From a virus (lineage: Duplodnaviria; Caudoviricetes), in the IMG/VR virus record IMGVR_UViG_3300037483_000185, positions 1-36,900 of that record: a stretch of DNA of 36,900 nucleotides, one strand, 5' to 3'. Below are positions 25,548 through 33,501 of this stretch, piece after piece. A model generated the notes under the pieces. That model was not told where the DNA came from, did no database searches, and was given only the letters and a program-made list of their open reading frames with translations. The stretch's first letter is position 1. Each line of letters begins with the position of its first letter. The position numbers and the translations under genes were made by a program.

Positions 25548-26147
25548 ATGAAAATGGACGCGACCTTCACAGTACCGGCGAACGTACTTTTGGGAATGTC
25601 TCACCTGGTCGGGGATGAAGCGGTACGGAATGAAATCCGAGGATTACACCTTGAAAAACGGGACGGGAATATCCGCATCGTCGCAACCGACGGGCATCTG
25701 ATGGGATTGTTTGAAATCGGCGAATCGTCAATCGAATGGTTTGACGGCGCGGCGGGATACGAATCCGCTGAAATCCCGATTGCCAACTTTATTTCCATCC
25801 TGAAAGATGCCGCAAAAGGGAAACATGCCCGGGCCGTCAAGGTGTCATTAAACGGGACCGTCAAGATGGAATACTTCGGCCAGACAATCGAGGCGCCGTA
25901 TCTCGACAATGATTTCCCCGACTGGCAGCAGATATTTTCCTGCCGCATCGAAGAGCCGATCCCGTCGATCGGTATTGCGTCCGATAAGATACGCAAGTTT
26001 GAGAAGGCGCTTTCCGTCCTCACCGGGAGCAAAACACAATACATGCGCTTCCGCTTTTCCGGCGAGGAATCGGTAATGCACGTTACGGGAAATACGTCCA
26101 GCGAGGGAACATTCAACGGGCTACTGATGCCGGTAAGGACGCATTAA
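25548..26147 (+). CDS. truncated DNA polymerase III beta-clamp-like protein (199 aa)
   Basis: RNEIRGLHL..IVATDGHLM, DFPDWQQIF, C-terminal GLLMPVR resemble DnaN motifs. Confidence 0.7.
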   Translation: MKMDATFTVPANVLLGMSHLVGDEAVRNEIRGLHLEKRDGNIRIVATDGHLMGLFEIGESSIEWFDGAAGYESAEIPIANFISILKDAAKGKHARAVKVSLNGTVKMEYFGQTIEAPYLDNDFPDWQQIFSCRIEEPIPSIGIASDKIRKFEKALSVLTGSKTQYMRFRFSGEESVMHVTGNTSSEGTFNGLLMPVRTH

Positions 26148-26181
26148 TTAAGGGAATATATCCTGAAGGGAGGAATATAAA

Positions 26182-26457
26182 ATGACTACGTACTCGCGGA
26201 ATTTGCCGAAAGGTAAGATCATCGCAAAGGACTACCATCGGAACGGTGTTTGCGGGAATGGTTTCTCTGTGGGCATCGTCCGGGAGGGAAAGGGCCGGAA
26301 GGTGATCGTATGCTTTCCAGGCGAAGGGAATACCGCCGTTCTGGACATCGGAATGCTCGCGGAAGGGAATGTCACGTTCGGGGAAAACTCCTGGAGGGGC
26401 GACGTTTACGCCGATGCGTACAGGAAAGAGATCGTCGGGGATAACTTCGAGGAATAA
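26182..26457 (+). CDS. hypothetical protein
   Basis: YHRNGVCGNGF...GENSWRGD; SD GGGAGG. Confidence 0.65.
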   Translation: MTTYSRNLPKGKIIAKDYHRNGVCGNGFSVGIVREGKGRKVIVCFPGEGNTAVLDIGMLAEGNVTFGENSWRGDVYADAYRKEIVGDNFEE

Positions 26458-26492
26458 CAAGGGAATACAAAGGGAAAGGAGAATCGGTAACA

Positions 26493-26516
26493 AAACCCCC
26501 TTGTCCGGGGGGTTTC
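26493..26516 (+). terminator. hairpin inside small-gene operon
   Basis: AAACCCCC-ttgtcc-GGGGGGTTT, short U tract. Confidence 0.35.
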
Positions 26517-26586
26517 GCGGGGTGAAATATCGTAGCTACAAATAGGGAATGCGACGCGAAGGGAATGCAGACGAAAGGAGGATGAG

Positions 26587-26808
26587 ATGGAAAAGATGAC
26601 GAAAGAACAGGAAAACGCGCTGTTCGGCCCGGAGGATCACGAGGCACCGATAACCGGATGGGCCGTGATAGTGCAATACGATTGTCGATTGGGCGAGCGC
26701 GGGACTGTGGTATCCCAGCACAAGTCCTACGAGTTGGCCCGCAAAGCAGCCCGCCGGACCGGATACGACTCTTTCTTGCGTGTCGCCGCCGACGAAGGGA
26801 GGGAATGA
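26587..26808 (+). CDS. hypothetical protein
   Basis: SD AAGGAGG; VVSQHKSYELARKA. Confidence 0.6.
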   Translation: MEKMTKEQENALFGPEDHEAPITGWAVIVQYDCRLGERGTVVSQHKSYELARKAARRTGYDSFLRVAADEGRE

Positions 26809-26809
26809 A

Positions 26810-26941
26810 ATGTCAATGACGCTCGCCGATCACGCCGAAGCCTGGTGGAGGGAATCAGGAAAACAGGTGCCGCTGCGAGATACCTTCCGGTGGATGCTGA
26901 TGTATCACCGATGGGTACGGTTCGCGTTCGGGGATCTGTAA
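26810..26941 (+). CDS. small Trp-rich hypothetical (43 aa)
   Basis: MSMTLADHAEAWWRESG...WVRFAFGDL. Confidence 0.55.
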   Translation: MSMTLADHAEAWWRESGKQVPLRDTFRWMLMYHRWVRFAFGDL

Positions 26942-26980
26942 AGGGAATGCCGGGCGAGGGAATATAAAACAGGAGGGGAC

Positions 26981-27214
26981 ATGAAAACGAAACGCTATAC
27001 ATCACCGTCGGCAGACGATCTTATCGAATTCTGCGATGAGCACAACATGGGAACCATTGAATCCATTGAATATCTTGACGGTCTGTTGATAATGGCCCGC
27101 GAGGACCAGGTAGTGGGAATAAAAGCGGCCCGGAATAGATTTACGGATATGTTATTCCAATTTGAGCGCCATATTGGAATAAATGGGTCAAAAACTGCGC
27201 CGGAGGGAATATGA
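26981..27214 (+). CDS. hypothetical protein
   Basis: SD AGGAGG. Confidence 0.55.
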   Translation: MKTKRYTSPSADDLIEFCDEHNMGTIESIEYLDGLLIMAREDQVVGIKAARNRFTDMLFQFERHIGINGSKTAPEGI

Positions 27215-27357
27215 AACGAGACAAGCGCATAATCATCACGATGTCAACGGAGGAGTGGGAAACGGTCAAGCGGGCGGCGGAAGCAGACGGGAGATCCGTG
27301 TCGGCGTACATGAGACACGCCGCGCTGGAAAGGGCTAAGGGGAAGGTGGCGGCGTAA
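27211..27357 (+). CDS. ribbon-helix-helix DNA-binding protein (48 aa)
   Basis: KRIIITMSTEEWETVKRAAEADGRSVSAYMRHAALE, CopG/DUF1778-like pattern; ATGA overlap; not in ORF track. Confidence 0.75.
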   Translation: MKRDKRIIITMSTEEWETVKRAAEADGRSVSAYMRHAALERAKGKVAA

Positions 27358-27398
27358 GGGAATAGAAAATAAAGGGAATGCAGACGAAAGGAGGGGCC

Positions 27399-27629
27399 GT
27401 GAAACACAAGAATATCCGAGAGGATATCGTAAGTGGCATCGAAAAGGGTGATGGATGGGAGCCGGTGAAGTTGACCGACGAACAGAAAAAGGCACTGGAG
27501 GTCGGCCGCCGCCGATCCGCCGATTCCGTCTGCCCCTTTGATGTCCATTCCGGTCCAATACCCGACAAGTTGAAGGGCGAAAGGATATCGGTGACAACAC
27601 CGAAGTCGGCGCTGAAGAGGAAAAAATAG
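27399..27629 (+). CDS. hypothetical protein
   Basis: GTG start after AAGGAGG. Confidence 0.5.
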   Translation: MKHKNIREDIVSGIEKGDGWEPVKLTDEQKKALEVGRRRSADSVCPFDVHSGPIPDKLKGERISVTTPKSALKRKK

Positions 27630-27736
27630 GGAATGCCCCGCAAGGGAATGTAAATTAAAGGGAATGCGCCGCGAGGAGGGATACAAATTGAAAACAGGGG
27701 TGCCCGGAGGTCCGGTCGTTGCCTTCCGCGTCGATC

Positions 27737-28072
27737 CTACGCCGTATTTTTGCGTCTGGCGCGAGAGAGCGCGGCTATTTGTTCGGGACTTGCGGCCCGT
27801 TTCGCCTTTGCGGGATTCTTTCCCGCCCTGTATGGGTGTAGATAGCATATATTCTCGTTATCGTTCTTGCGTAGCAGTTTGCCGTCGCATGACTTCACTT
27901 GGTCCGTCGATCCCGCACACTCAAGGCAATGCGCCCGGATCTGCCGAACCTTGCTTCTCTTCCCGGTCCACACCTCGGGGTGTAGGTTGCATACCTTCGT
28001 GACGCATTCGGTTTGCGCTTGCGTATTACAGAACCGGCACTCCTTGCGGATCGCTTGCGCGGCCGTCAACAT
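27737..28072 (-). CDS. Cys-rich Zn-binding protein with duplicated IRxxCxxC..C..C.LHP module
   Basis: AIRKECRFC...CNLHP and QIRAHCLEC...CYLHPYR; SD AAGGAGGT. Confidence 0.65.
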   Translation of the reverse strand: MLTAAQAIRKECRFCNTQAQTECVTKVCNLHPEVWTGKRSKVRQIRAHCLECAGSTDQVKSCDGKLLRKNDNENICYLHPYRAGKNPAKAKRAASPEQIAALSRARRKNTA

Positions 28073-28136
28073 GTCGTGCCCACCTCCTTGGAGGGAATGT
28101 AATTTATAAGGGAATGCTCCGGGGAGGGAATGCGGA

Positions 28137-28370
28137 TCATTCTGCCATATCGCCGATCTTGCTCCGCTGCGTTTTGCTCATCCGCAATAATATCTCCGCG
28201 AGTTCGGCCCCCTCGGGATCGGAATGCTCGATGGCCCAGTTCCGACAGAACTCCACATCCGCATCGCTGACATTCCCATCGTCCAATACGACATGCAGAC
28301 TTCCCCATACTGGGTTCAATTTGTAATAGGCGCGGAATCTATCGATGACCTCCGGGATCGTGGGCTTCAT
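28137..28370 (-). CDS. hypothetical protein
   Basis: WGSLHVVLDDGNV...LLRMSKTQR. Confidence 0.6.
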   Translation of the reverse strand: MKPTIPEVIDRFRAYYKLNPVWGSLHVVLDDGNVSDADVEFCRNWAIEHSDPEGAELAEILLRMSKTQRSKIGDMAE

Positions 28371-28393
28371 TTGTCCGCTCTTTATTGTCATCA

Positions 28394-28585
28394 TTACCCC
28401 TGTCGCATTTCGTCCACGAATACATAAATAGAATATCCCGTAGTAATAATTATTGAACCTATCGCATATCCTACCCACGGTTGAAACGTTCCAGAAACGA
28501 GCCACATGAGCGCCCCGCCACTGGCGGCGATCCCTTGCCCGACGAGGGTATAGACTACAAAGAACTTAAAGCAATTCCATATCAT
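28394..28585 (-). CDS. two-TM membrane protein
   Basis: Hydrophobic, SD GGAGGAG. Confidence 0.5.
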   Translation of the reverse strand: MIWNCFKFFVVYTLVGQGIAASGGALMWLVSGTFQPWVGYAIGSIIITTGYSIYVFVDEMRQG

Positions 28586-28794
28586 CGCTCCTCCTTCCCC
28601 ATTCGGCGGCCAAGTTCGGTAAGTATCCCGGCCAAATTCCAGTTGATATACTTGTAATCTTCCGTCCCGTCCTCGGCAATAACATACATTTTATTTATTT
28701 CGCCACATACCCACTCGGCCGCCTCCAATAAACGCTCATTCTCTTCCTCCAACACGTTGATACGCTCATACAAGTCGTCGTCTGATCCGCACAT
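28582..28794 (-). CDS. hypothetical protein
   Basis: Coupled ORF with SD. Confidence 0.55.
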   Translation of the reverse strand: MCGSDDDLYERINVLEEENERLLEAAEWVCGEINKMYVIAEDGTEDYKYINWNLAGILTELGRRMGKEER

Positions 28795-28804
28795 GGCCCC
28801 TCCC

Positions 28805-29152
28805 TCACTTTTCTAAATACCCTTTTATCTTCAACAACCGCTCGAACTCGGCCTTGCAATCATCCTGCCGCAGTCGCTCGCTCTCCGATGGTTCTGGATA
28901 TTGTATCAGCGGATCGGGCAAGTAAACCTCGAATAAGCAGCGGTATCGCTGATATGGGCACGGGTGCCCCGCCTTGCACGCCTTCTCGGACTCCTTGCGG
29001 ATCTGGTATGCGTCAAGGATATTGTAATCCTTCGGGATAACGAACCCATTGCCCTGATTGTATTCCTCACGGCAACTCGTTTTCCCGCCCTCCCGAACCG
29101 AGATCTCCGTTTCCGCCCAATTCAGGGCGTTCTCTGCGGATGAGAATTTCAA
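28805..29152 (-). CDS. hypothetical protein
   Basis: 115 aa, TTGA overlap. Confidence 0.55.
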   Translation of the reverse strand: MKFSSAENALNWAETEISVREGGKTSCREEYNQGNGFVIPKDYNILDAYQIRKESEKACKAGHPCPYQRYRCLFEVYLPDPLIQYPEPSESERLRQDDCKAEFERLLKIKGYLEK

Positions 29153-29355
29153 TTAACTGGTCCTGACGGCCCCATTAAGGTTCTCATAAGGCTCGCCATC
29201 GACGCCTTGAACGCTTCCGCTTGGAGGGTTTGTTGGATGATGTCCGCCGCCGATCGCAGGGCCGCGATTTTCTCCGCCGGGTCGAGGCCGATATCCGAGG
29301 CCGACAGGAATACAAGTATCTTCGTCGCGCCATTCGATATCTTCTCCGCTTCCAT
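29149..29355 (-). CDS. hypothetical protein
   Basis: SD GGGAG. Confidence 0.5.
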   Translation of the reverse strand: MEAEKISNGATKILVFLSASDIGLDPAEKIAALRSAADIIQQTLQAEAFKASMASLMRTLMGPSGPVN

Positions 29356-29526
29356 CGCTAGTTCTCCCCCCTCACCCGAACAATCCTCGGGTGAATAGTG
29401 CCGCCACTTGCGCGGAGGTAATTACTCCATGACCACAGATCCTCAATATCCGATAGTGCCCCACGAAGGCGCGGGGAGCATAGACGATGCGGGCGAGAAG
29501 GGAACGGCGGCGAAGGGGAACGTGAG

Positions 29527-29727
29527 TCATTCGATCACCGCCCACAGTCGCGTGTCCGCCACGGCGTCCGCCGCGAACAACCGCGACATATCCCTGGACT
29601 CCCGATGCTCCCGGATGGCCCCCTCCAACTCGCGGATTCTCTTTTCTAAGACGGGGCAGTTAGAGCACATTAGCGGGGGCGGGCGGCGGTCCCCGAGGTC
29701 AACAATGCGACCTACGCTTGTGTTCAT
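29527..29727 (-). CDS. hypothetical protein
   Basis: ATGA-coupled. Confidence 0.45.
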   Translation of the reverse strand: MNTSVGRIVDLGDRRPPPLMCSNCPVLEKRIRELEGAIREHRESRDMSRLFAADAVADTRLWAVIE

Positions 29728-30005
29728 TTCCTTTCCCTCCCGTTGATGCATCGCCATTTTTCCTGCTTCATTATTTTCCCTGTCTTTATGTTGATCCGGT
29801 CGAAGCGAATCCCCATGAGGTTGCAACATCCAAGCGGTATCGGGCCGTCGAAGATCCCCCCGGTTCCTGGGGTATCCTTCTCGCAATCAAAGCACCAGAT
29901 CATGTGCTCGAACTCGCTCCAAGTGATGTTCCCCTGGCCGCATAGGTCGCAGGATATCTCGTAGACCCTCGGAGATTGCGCGTAGCACCAGCGGCGCTTC
30001 CTCAT
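29724..30005 (-). CDS. zinc-ribbon hypothetical
   Basis: CDLCG..WSEFE..WCFDC. Confidence 0.6.
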   Translation of the reverse strand: MRKRRWCYAQSPRVYEISCDLCGQGNITWSEFEHMIWCFDCEKDTPGTGGIFDGPIPLGCCNLMGIRFDRINIKTGKIMKQEKWRCINGRERK

Positions 30006-30129
30006 TTCCGCTTCCTCCCCGGCTCTATGAACGTCTTCCGCCGAAGAATCCCGCACGCGATCGCCTTCATGAATGACTCCACCTTTCCGTTTTCATACAG
30101 GCGGAAAAACTTGTACCAGAAGGCGAGTC

Positions 30130-30318
30130 TCACTTCTCTTGATCCTCTATCCCGAGCACCATTTTTACGATGAGCCCGATGGCCGTGGCATCGCCGAATA
30201 GATACCCGCCCTTCGCTTTGCTGAGATCGGGGCTTCTCGGATCACATGGATCGGCCGGCCACTCCCCGTCGAACACTTGGACCATCGCCCCATCCCTGAC
30301 CACGATCGCCGCTTTCAT
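30130..30318 (-). CDS. hypothetical protein
   Basis: MKAAIVVRDG, ATGA-coupled. Confidence 0.45.
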   Translation of the reverse strand: MKAAIVVRDGAMVQVFDGEWPADPCDPRSPDLSKAKGGYLFGDATAIGLIVKMVLGIEDQEK

Positions 30319-30662
30319 TTCGCCTCCGGCAATTTCAGTAAGTGTCGCAAGTCCGTCAGGTGTCGCTTCGTTCCAGTTAGTTCTCCTTCGATGAAGGACT
30401 CCTGTTTCGTCTTCATCCCCTTGTTGGAAAAGAAATTCTGGAGTTCCCGATACAGCTCGAACGCATCCTCCGCGTCGAGAGCAAGCGTCGGCTTCCGAAT
30501 CTCCTCCCCTTGGGCCATCATCTCCCTGCGCCAATGGCCCGCGGAGGGCTCGTAATACTCCACGAACCGCCCTTCGGGAATCCGGCCGATCAGGGCAATC
30601 TCAACCTCCGACATGAAGTTGCGGTCGCTCACAAAAACGCGGCGCGGTTTGTCCAAGTTCAT
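30315..30662 (-). CDS. hypothetical protein
   Basis: 115 aa; EGELTGTKRHLTDLR. Confidence 0.6.
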   Translation of the reverse strand: MNLDKPRRVFVSDRNFMSEVEIALIGRIPEGRFVEYYEPSAGHWRREMMAQGEEIRKPTLALDAEDAFELYRELQNFFSNKGMKTKQESFIEGELTGTKRHLTDLRHLLKLPEAK

Positions 30663-30931
30663 CGCGCCCCTCCGTTGATGTACCCGTTACACGACGCCAA
30701 CACCTCCAAGACCCGCACGGATTCAATCTCCCGGATCTTGCGCTTCTCATACTTCCCTTTGGCGCACATATTTACGACGGTCCCCTTGCGGAATACGGCG
30801 AAGGTATCGCCCTGCATCCGCACGATCGCCGCGGGGATTCCCCGGCCCTCGAGCCACCGGTACCATTCATCGCAATCTTCACGGTGCGGCAAAATCTCCG
30901 TCAGCATCATTCCGTGCAGCGTCGGTTTCAA
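30659..30931 (-). CDS. hypothetical protein
   Basis: TTGA-coupled, SD GGAGGT. Confidence 0.45.
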   Translation of the reverse strand: MKPTLHGMMLTEILPHREDCDEWYRWLEGRGIPAAIVRMQGDTFAVFRKGTVVNMCAKGKYEKRKIREIESVRVLEVLASCNGYINGGAR

Positions 30932-31089
30932 CACTTCACCTCCACTTTCTCCCCGCAACGGGGGCATACCAGTTCATATTCTGGTACGAATAAGTTGCCG
31001 CGCAGGGACATCCTGACCGGACGGCGTATCGGATCGACAGGACCGTGCTCAGGGCAGGCGTACCAGTTGGAAACTTGGGGGCCAGTCAT
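30928..31089 (-). CDS. small zinc-ribbon protein
   Basis: CPEHG...CPRCG. Confidence 0.5.
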   Translation of the reverse strand: MTGPQVSNWYACPEHGPVDPIRRPVRMSLRGNLFVPEYELVCPRCGEKVEVKC

Positions 31090-31292
31090 TTCCCCTCCCT
31101 CATCGGGTACCGAAATCTCGGCCACTCCACGAGGTCATCCCCGACGTCTAAATTCATGGTTGCGCTTCCGATGAAGTGATCCGGCGTCCGACACGCGGCC
31201 AGCGCCTTCTCCTCCGAATCGAACACGCCGATAAACTCCCATTCGCGGAACTTCTCGTCCGATGCAATCTTGCCGACAACATGGAGCGTCAT
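31086..31292 (-). CDS. hypothetical protein
   Basis: WEFIGVFDSEEKALAAC. Confidence 0.55.
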   Translation of the reverse strand: MTLHVVGKIASDEKFREWEFIGVFDSEEKALAACRTPDHFIGSATMNLDVGDDLVEWPRFRYPMREGK

Positions 31293-31480
31293 TTCCCCTC
31301 CCTCGTCTTGATGTGGGCGTTCAACACGTCGGCTATCTCCCGGGCGTACCTCTTCTTTTGTCGCCTGTCTTTAAAGTCTCCGTATAGGATCATCCCGGCG
31401 TCGTGTGCGAAGAAGTCATCCGACTCGATAAGGATATCCTCGCCGTCATCCCGTACCGACCACGGGCCACGGTCCCTCAT
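31289..31480 (-). CDS. hypothetical protein
   Basis: IESDDFFAHDA..YGDF. Confidence 0.5.
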   Translation of the reverse strand: MRDRGPWSVRDDGEDILIESDDFFAHDAGMILYGDFKDRRQKKRYAREIADVLNAHIKTREGK

Positions 31481-31644
31481 GGGGCGAACACCAAGTAAAC
31501 GGCGAAGGCGACATACGCAGTGAGTAGCAACACGGCGGCGCACCTGATGGCTGCGTCCTTCCAGTTATCTGCCCGGTCGATCCAAGGGCCGAAAAACACC
31601 GCAAGAAACAACACGACGATCATGGCGAGGCCGGCTATTCTCAT
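31477..31644 (-). CDS. small two-TM membrane protein (55 aa)
   Basis: MRIAGLAMIVVLFLAVFFG...; ATGA overlaps at both ends. Confidence 0.5.
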   Translation of the reverse strand: MRIAGLAMIVVLFLAVFFGPWIDRADNWKDAAIRCAAVLLLTAYVAFAVYLVFAP

Positions 31645-32012
31645 TTCTTCCCCCCGATCTTTATCCCCCGCTCCTTCGCATACTCCCGGAGGTAGAAGAT
31701 CATCATCTGGACATCAACTTTCATCGCCATCTTCGACGCGACCCGCAACTTGTCGTACTTCTCTGGACCAAGGCGTTCGCGGATGTGCTCATGGAAGTCC
31801 AGCGGATTCTCGTGCCCCTTCAGGTGACAGCCGAAGCAGATGCCGACTCCGTTGTCTAACGCCCATCGTGTCGACCGCGCCCTTCGGCCGAATACGTGAT
31901 GGGCCTGGCGACTCGGCCTCCTGCGGCACCACACGCAGACAGGATCGCGGCCACGAATAACCTCTGACCAGAGGCGGTCGGCAATCTTCGTGAGGGCGGC
32001 GGTGGACTTCAC
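31641..32012 (-). CDS. NinG/Rap-like HNH recombination endonuclease
   Basis: ADRLWSEVIRGRD..CVWC...AHHVFGR..STRW..DNG...CFGCH. Confidence 0.7.
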   Translation of the reverse strand: MKSTAALTKIADRLWSEVIRGRDPVCVWCRRRPSRQAHHVFGRRARSTRWALDNGVGICFGCHLKGHENPLDFHEHIRERLGPEKYDKLRVASKMAMKVDVQMMIFYLREYAKERGIKIGGKK

Positions 32013-32209
32013 GCCGCACCTACCGCGGGCGGCGGGGGCCACGGTTTCCGGCGCGGCTTCCGTATCGTAACGACCGCTCCCGCAACCTTCCCGGCGAGCC
32101 GAATCAGGGCAAGCGCAATCTCGGTCGAGAGAACGCCCGCGAGTAAACCCGTAACCTTCACGCTCTGCATTTGTGGCCGCTCCACTCTCGGCACTTTCGG
32201 ATATCTCAT
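32009..32209 (-). CDS. hypothetical protein
   Basis: Coupled overlaps. Confidence 0.4.
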   Translation of the reverse strand: MRYPKVPRVERPQMQSVKVTGLLAGVLSTEIALALIRLAGKVAGAVVTIRKPRRKPWPPPPAVGAA

Positions 32210-32451
32210 TTCTCGTCCCCCGGAATCCTTTTGAAGGTTATTATTCTGTGCTCGACTACGCCCTCCGTCTCCGGCGGTCCCCCTGGCGGTCCCTCAAACA
32301 GGGCGGTCCACGTACCGCTCCGGGACGGGAAGACATTAAATAGGCGCGAACCTTCGGGTAGTCCCCTCCCCACCTCCGCCGATGGGACCAACGCCCCGGT
32401 GATGAAAAACGACACGACAAACTCCGGAGAGAAATCCACTTCATAGATCAC
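32206..32451 (-). CDS. hypothetical protein
   Basis: GTG start, SD GGAGGAG. Confidence 0.5.
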   Translation of the reverse strand: MIYEVDFSPEFVVSFFITGALVPSAEVGRGLPEGSRLFNVFPSRSGTWTALFEGPPGGPPETEGVVEHRIITFKRIPGDEK

Positions 32452-32604
32452 TTCGCTCCTCCTTCTTCGCCCTCTTCTCGACCCACACCCTTTCGTCCCG
32501 GGTCTTCACCTTGGACTCCCGCCCGGCAACCTTCGGGAACAGGTCATGGTCCGACAGGTACCTGAATACCGCGTCGGCATCGATGACTCCCTGTGGGGAG
32601 AGCT

Positions 32605-33501
32605 TCATTGGTCAAAACTCCTCTTTAGCAGTTGATCCTTGTACCATTCCGCAAAACCGCCGGTTGCGGCCCGCATGATGTCCCGCTTGTATTCTTTCCA
32701 TAGGAAATTCTTGACCGAATCCTGCTCCTCGCTTTCGATGTCCTCGTTGATTTCCTTCAGGAGTTTCCCGATGTCTTTTGGAGAGTTTGTCAGTTCCCCC
32801 CGCTCGTTAAGGTGCTGGATCGCCTTCTGCCACCGAGCCTCAGTTCGAAACGAATCGCAGAACGTCTCGAATCTACCCTTTCCTGTTTCTTCCTTCCCCC
32901 ACCGGTCCCGGTGCGTCTCCTTGAACTTCTCCGATACGAACTTCCCGCACATCATGGGCATCGGCTGACCGCCGAGAAGGAACGGGCGAGAATAATTTTT
33001 CACCACCACGCCCTCCCGCTTCGTGCCCCCTAGTACGGACTCCCGGTCGAGGTAGGCGCGTAATTCTTCCGCGGAGGATATGGTCGCCCGCTCTAATGGC
33101 ACGACCTCAAGGTCCAGGATCCCGGCGTACTCGTGGAACCGGGCGTCGAAAACATCGCCCCGAACCGACCCGGCACCGAACAGGATGATGTGGTGCCTTG
33201 GAATCCGCGTGTACTCGAGCGTGTTGTGCTTCCGATGCTTCAGGTACTCTCCATAAAACACAACATTGTCGGGTAGCAATCCTTGGATCATGGCGATATA
33301 ATCGACCCCCTCCTTGAACATCTTCTCTGGATTATCTTGATAGAGTTGCGCACCCTTGGATCGGATCATCAGATCCCCGTCCACCAGTCCGAAAGCAATC
33401 TGTGAACCATCGATCTTCTCCGAAATCTCAACCTCTTCATTGAAGATATCTTTGATATAGTCAGTTCCGATGGCGAACACCTTCGGGAAGGCTTTAATCA
33501 T
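32605..33501 (-). CDS. RNA ligase-like nucleotidyltransferase (Rnl2-type)
   Basis: Motif I EKIDGS, motif III FYGEY, motif IV REGVVVK, motif V GKFVSEKFKE. Confidence 0.75.
   Translation of the reverse strand: MIKAFPKVFAIGTDYIKDIFNEEVEISEKIDGSQIAFGLVDGDLMIRSKGAQLYQDNPEKMFKEGVDYIAMIQGLLPDNVVFYGEYLKHRKHNTLEYTRIPRHHIILFGAGSVRGDVFDARFHEYAGILDLEVVPLERATISSAEELRAYLDRESVLGGTKREGVVVKNYSRPFLLGGQPMPMMCGKFVSEKFKETHRDRWGKEETGKGRFETFCDSFRTEARWQKAIQHLNERGELTNSPKDIGKLLKEINEDIESEEQDSVKNFLWKEYKRDIMRAATGGFAEWYKDQLLKRSFDQ

Larger units (their letters stand above)
23037..28131 (+). repeat. dispersed strand-polarised GGGAAT motif array (47 copies counted)
   Basis: Manual count on plus strand versus two reverse-strand copies seen in the same interval; tandems spaced mostly 15-17 nt. 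Confidence 0.9.

Noticed and set aside
23037-28131. CRISPR array or integron attC array
   Set aside because: The repeat is only 6-8 nt, non-palindromic, and separated by whole genes; no cas or integrase gene and no attC-like stems
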